Positions 60,491 to 64,000 of a stretch of 64,000 nucleotides of DNA are shown piece after piece. The notes below the pieces were generated by a model. The model did not search any database and was not told the DNA's origin. It saw only the letters and a list, made by a program, of their open reading frames with translations. Position 1 is the stretch's first letter; each line of letters starts with the position of its first letter. The DNA is from Anolis carolinensis (Eukaryota). Both the position numbers and the translations under genes were made by a program. The stretch spans positions 29,686,703 to 29,750,702 of the forward strand of contig NW_026943819.1 of NCBI RefSeq assembly GCF_035594765.1, read 5' to 3'.

Positions 60491-62938
60491 ACATGCCAAT
60501 GTGAGTAGATCAATGGGTACGGCTCTGGCGGGAAGGTAACGGCGTTCCATGCATTCATGCCAGTGGCCACATGACCTTGGAGGTGTCTGTGGACATGCCA
60601 ATGTGAGTAGATCAATAGGTACGGCTCTGGCGGGAAGGTAACGGCGTTCCATGCAGTCATGCCAGTGGCCACATGACCTTGGAGGTGTCTGTGGACATGC
60701 CAATGTGAGTAGATCAATAGGTACCGCTCCGGTGGGAAGGTAACAGTGTTCCATGCAGTCATGCCAGTGGCCACATGACCTTGGAGGTGTCTGTGGACAT
60801 GCCAATGTGAGTAGATCAATAGGTACGGCTCTGGCGGGAAGGTAACGGCGTTCCATGCAGTCATGCCAGTGGCCACATGACCTTGGAGGTGTCTACGGAC
60901 ATGCCAATGTGAGTAGATCAATAGGTACGGCTCTGGCGGGAAGGTAACGGCGTTCCATGCAGTCATGCCAGTGGCCACATGACCTTGGAGGTGTCTGTGG
61001 ACATGCCAATGTGAGTAGATCAATAGGTACGGCTCTGGCGGGAAGGTAACGGCGTTCCATGCAGTCATGCCAGTGGCCACATGACCTTGGAGGTGTCTGT
61101 GGACATGCCAATGTGAGTAGATCAATAGGTACCGCTCCGGTGGGAAGGTAACAGTGTTCCATGCAGTCATGCCAGTGGCCACATGACCTTGGAGGTGTCT
61201 ACGGACATGCCAATGTGAGTAGATCAATAGGTACGGCTCTGGCGGGAAGGTAACGGCGTTCCATGCAGTCATGCCAGTGGCCACATGACCTTGGAGGTGT
61301 CTACGGACATGCCAATGTGAGTAGATCAATAGGTACCGCTCCGGTGGGAAGGTAACAGTGTTCCATGCAGTCATGCCAGTGGCCACATGACCTTGGAGGT
61401 GTCTGTGGACATGCCAATGTGAGTAGATCAATAGGTACGGCTCTGGCGGGAAGGTAACGGCGTTCCATGCAGTCATGCCAGTGGCCACATGACCTTGGAG
61501 GTGTCTACGGACATGCCAATGTGAGTAGATCAATAGGTACGGCTCCGGCGGGAAGGTAACGGCGTTCCATGCAGTCATGCCAGTGGCCACATGACCTTGG
61601 AGGTGTCTGTGGACATGCCAATGTGAGTAGATCAATAGGTACGGCTCTGGCGGGAAGGTAACGGCGTTCCATGCAGTCATGCCAGTGGCCACATGACCTT
61701 GGAGGTGTCTGTGGACATGCCAATGTGAGTAGATCAATAGGTACCGCTCCGGTGGGAAGGTAACAGTGTTCCATGCAGTCATGCCAGTGGCCACATGACC
61801 TTGGAGGTGTCTACGGACATGCCAATGTGAGTAGATCAATAGGTACGGCTCTGGCGGGAAGGTAACGGCGTTCCATGCAGTCATGCCAGTGGCCACATGA
61901 CCTTGGAGGTGTCTACGGACATGCCAATGTGAGTAGATCAATAGGTACGGCTCTGGCGGGAAGGTAACGGCGTTCCATGCAGTCATGCCAGTGGCCACAT
62001 GACCTTGGAGGTGTCTGTGGACATGCCAATGTGAGTAGATCAATAGGTACGGCTCTGGCGGGAAGGTAACGGCGTTCCATGCAGTCATGCCAGTGGCCAC
62101 ATGACCTTGGAGGTGTCTGTGGACATGCCAATGTGAGTAGATCAATAGGTACGGCTCTGGCGGGAAGGTAACGGCGTTCCATGCAGTCATGCCAGTGGCC
62201 ACATGACCTTGGAGGTGTCTACGGACATGCCAATGTGAGTAGATCAATAGGTACGGCTCCGGCGGGAAGGTAACGGCGTTCCATGCAGTCATGCCAGTGG
62301 CCACATGACCTTGGAGGTGTCTACAGACATGCCAATGTGAGTAGATCAATAGGTACGGCTCCGGCAGGAAGGTAATGGCGCTCCATGCAGTCATGCCAGT
62401 GGCCACATGACCTTGGAGGTGTCTACAGACATGCCAATGTGAGTAGATCAATAGGTACGGCTCCGGCGGGAAGGTAACGGCGTTCCATGCAGTCATGCCA
62501 ATGGCCACATGACCTTGGAGGTGTCTACGGACATGCCAATGTGAGTAGATCAATAGGTACGGCTCCGGCGGGAAGGTAACGGCGTTCCATGCAGTCATGC
62601 CAATGGCCACATGACCTTGGAGGTGTCTACGGACATGCCAATGTGAGTAGATCAATAGGTACGGCTCCGGCGGGAAGGTAACGGCGTTCCATGCAGTCAT
62701 GCCAATGGCCACATGACCTTGGAGGTGTCTACGGACATGCCAATGTGAGTAGATCAATAGGTACGGCTCCGGTGGGAAGGTAACGGCGTTCCATGCATTC
62801 ATGCCAGTGGCCACATGACCTTGGAGGTGTCTACGGACATGCCAATGTGAGTAGATCAATAGGTACGGCTCCGGCGGGAAGGTAATGGCGCTCCATGCAG
62901 TCATGCCAGTGGCCACATGACTTTGGAGGTGTCTACGG
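60491..62938 (+). repeat. 24 x 102-bp macrosatellite formed from the interior of a Sauria SINE
   Basis: ACATGCCAATGTGAG starts at 60491 and every 102 bp to 62837. The SINE 5' part is at 60399-60490 and the 3' part at 62939-63026. Confidence 0.95.
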
Positions 62939-63664
62939 ACAACGCCGGCTCTTCGGCTTAGAAATGGAGATGAGCACCAACCCCCAGAATTGGACACGAC
63001 TGGACTTAACATCAGGGGAAAACCTTGTATTGTATTGTTTGCATAATGTAATTTTACTGTGTTTTATTCATTGTAATATGTTTTAATTGTTGTACTTGTT
63101 TACTGTTTTGGGGCCGTTGTCCCGGGTTAGCCGTCCCGAGTCCCTGCGGGGAGATGGTGGCGGGGTAGAAAAATAAAGTTACTCACTTACTTACTTACTT
63201 GGAGGAAGAGGAAGCTGCACCGGGGGACTGGGTCTCCCGCTGCCAGCGTTGCGTGGCCTCCTCCTTTCGCAAGGGCTTCCTCTCTTCACTGACGCAAGGA
63301 CCGTGTGTGCACTTCTCCTCGCCAAGTGAGGTCCACTGGCAACACAATCCACAGCTCTGGGACCGGACCATGGAGGACTGCACTGCAACACAGCCACAAC
63401 ATGTGCCAGGTACAGCATCACCCCCAAAGCCTCCTTCACAGCTGCTTCCTTCTCTGTCTTACCTCTCTGTCTGCTTCACCTGAGGCTGTGCTTTGGTGCC
63501 TGCCTGTTGCAAAAGCGGTTGAGTCCCCTCGGCCTTTTGTCCGTGGAGAATGGGCTTTATAGTGGTTGTTTAGGGGCCCTTCTTGGCAGGTGAGAGCACC
63601 TCAGGTTAGCTTCACCTTGCTAAAGATACCAGGCTGCACACAGGACGTAGTCTTTTATAGTTTA

Positions 63665-64000
63665 CTAGCTGTGCCCGGCCACGCGTTGCTGTGGCGAAGT
63701 GTGGTGGTATGGGAAATAAAGTATTGAGGAATTGGTGGTAGTTAAGGTAAAGAGTCCCCTGGGCTGAGTGGGTTGCTAGGAGACCAAGTGAGCGGAGCTT
63801 AGCCTTCTAACTGGGAGCAATTGGATAAAAATAATTATTCCTCTCTCTCTCTAATTAGGACTTTATTTTTCTTTTCTTTTTGTTGTATCAACCTAGAGGC
63901 ATGGATGATGGGTTGTGTTGTCAAATTTCGAGGTTGGGGGGCCTGTAGTTTTGTTGTTTTGTGGGTCGCCGTGATGCCATCACTCTTTTATATATATAGA
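63665..64000 (-). mobile_element. Non-autonomous Helitron (same family)
   Basis: Reverse complement of the 34509 element, with CTAG at 63665 and the TC end at the window edge. Confidence 0.8.

Noticed and set aside
60262-63012. 916-aa ORF as a protein-coding gene
   Set aside because: It is the antisense frame of a 102-bp SINE-derived tandem repeat, starts at a non-ATG codon and has no recognisable domain. Kept only as a finding.

Overview
Vertebrate genomic DNA, almost certainly a squamate reptile and most like Anolis (inferred from Sauria SINE, a second tRNA-SINE with an L2 tail, and Penelope, R4/Dong, Rex1, CR1, L2, hAT, mariner-type and Helitron repeats). Four complete spliced genes lie in tandem on the minus strand. 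In order of transcription they are TMED4 (59130-55132, 5 coding exons, 229 aa), DDX56 (51832-39582, 13 coding exons, 557 aa), NPC1L1 (36482-14091, 19 coding exons, 1330 aa) and MRPS24 (10542-6240, 4 coding exons, 173 aa). I read all exon boundaries from the sequence and they join in frame. Introns and intergenic DNA are packed with nested transposons, solo LTRs with target-site duplications, and many tandem arrays made from pieces of transposons. The most notable observations are: a CpG-rich 130-bp array of NRF1/YY1/CRE motifs with an inverted copy and a CTCF site in NPC1L1 intron 2; a 24 x 102-bp macrosatellite inside one Sauria SINE that creates a 916-codon ORF; decayed minimal hammerhead-ribozyme cores in Penelope repeats, including a tandem trimer; an apparent intron loss next to a GC-AG intron in DDX56; a ~366-nt AG-exclusion zone with a distant branch point in TMED4; and an NPC1L1 tail lacking the mammalian endocytic motif. 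Most ORFs in the supplied track are artefacts of repeats. There is one N gap at 57453-57594. No searches were run, so family names rest on recognition.
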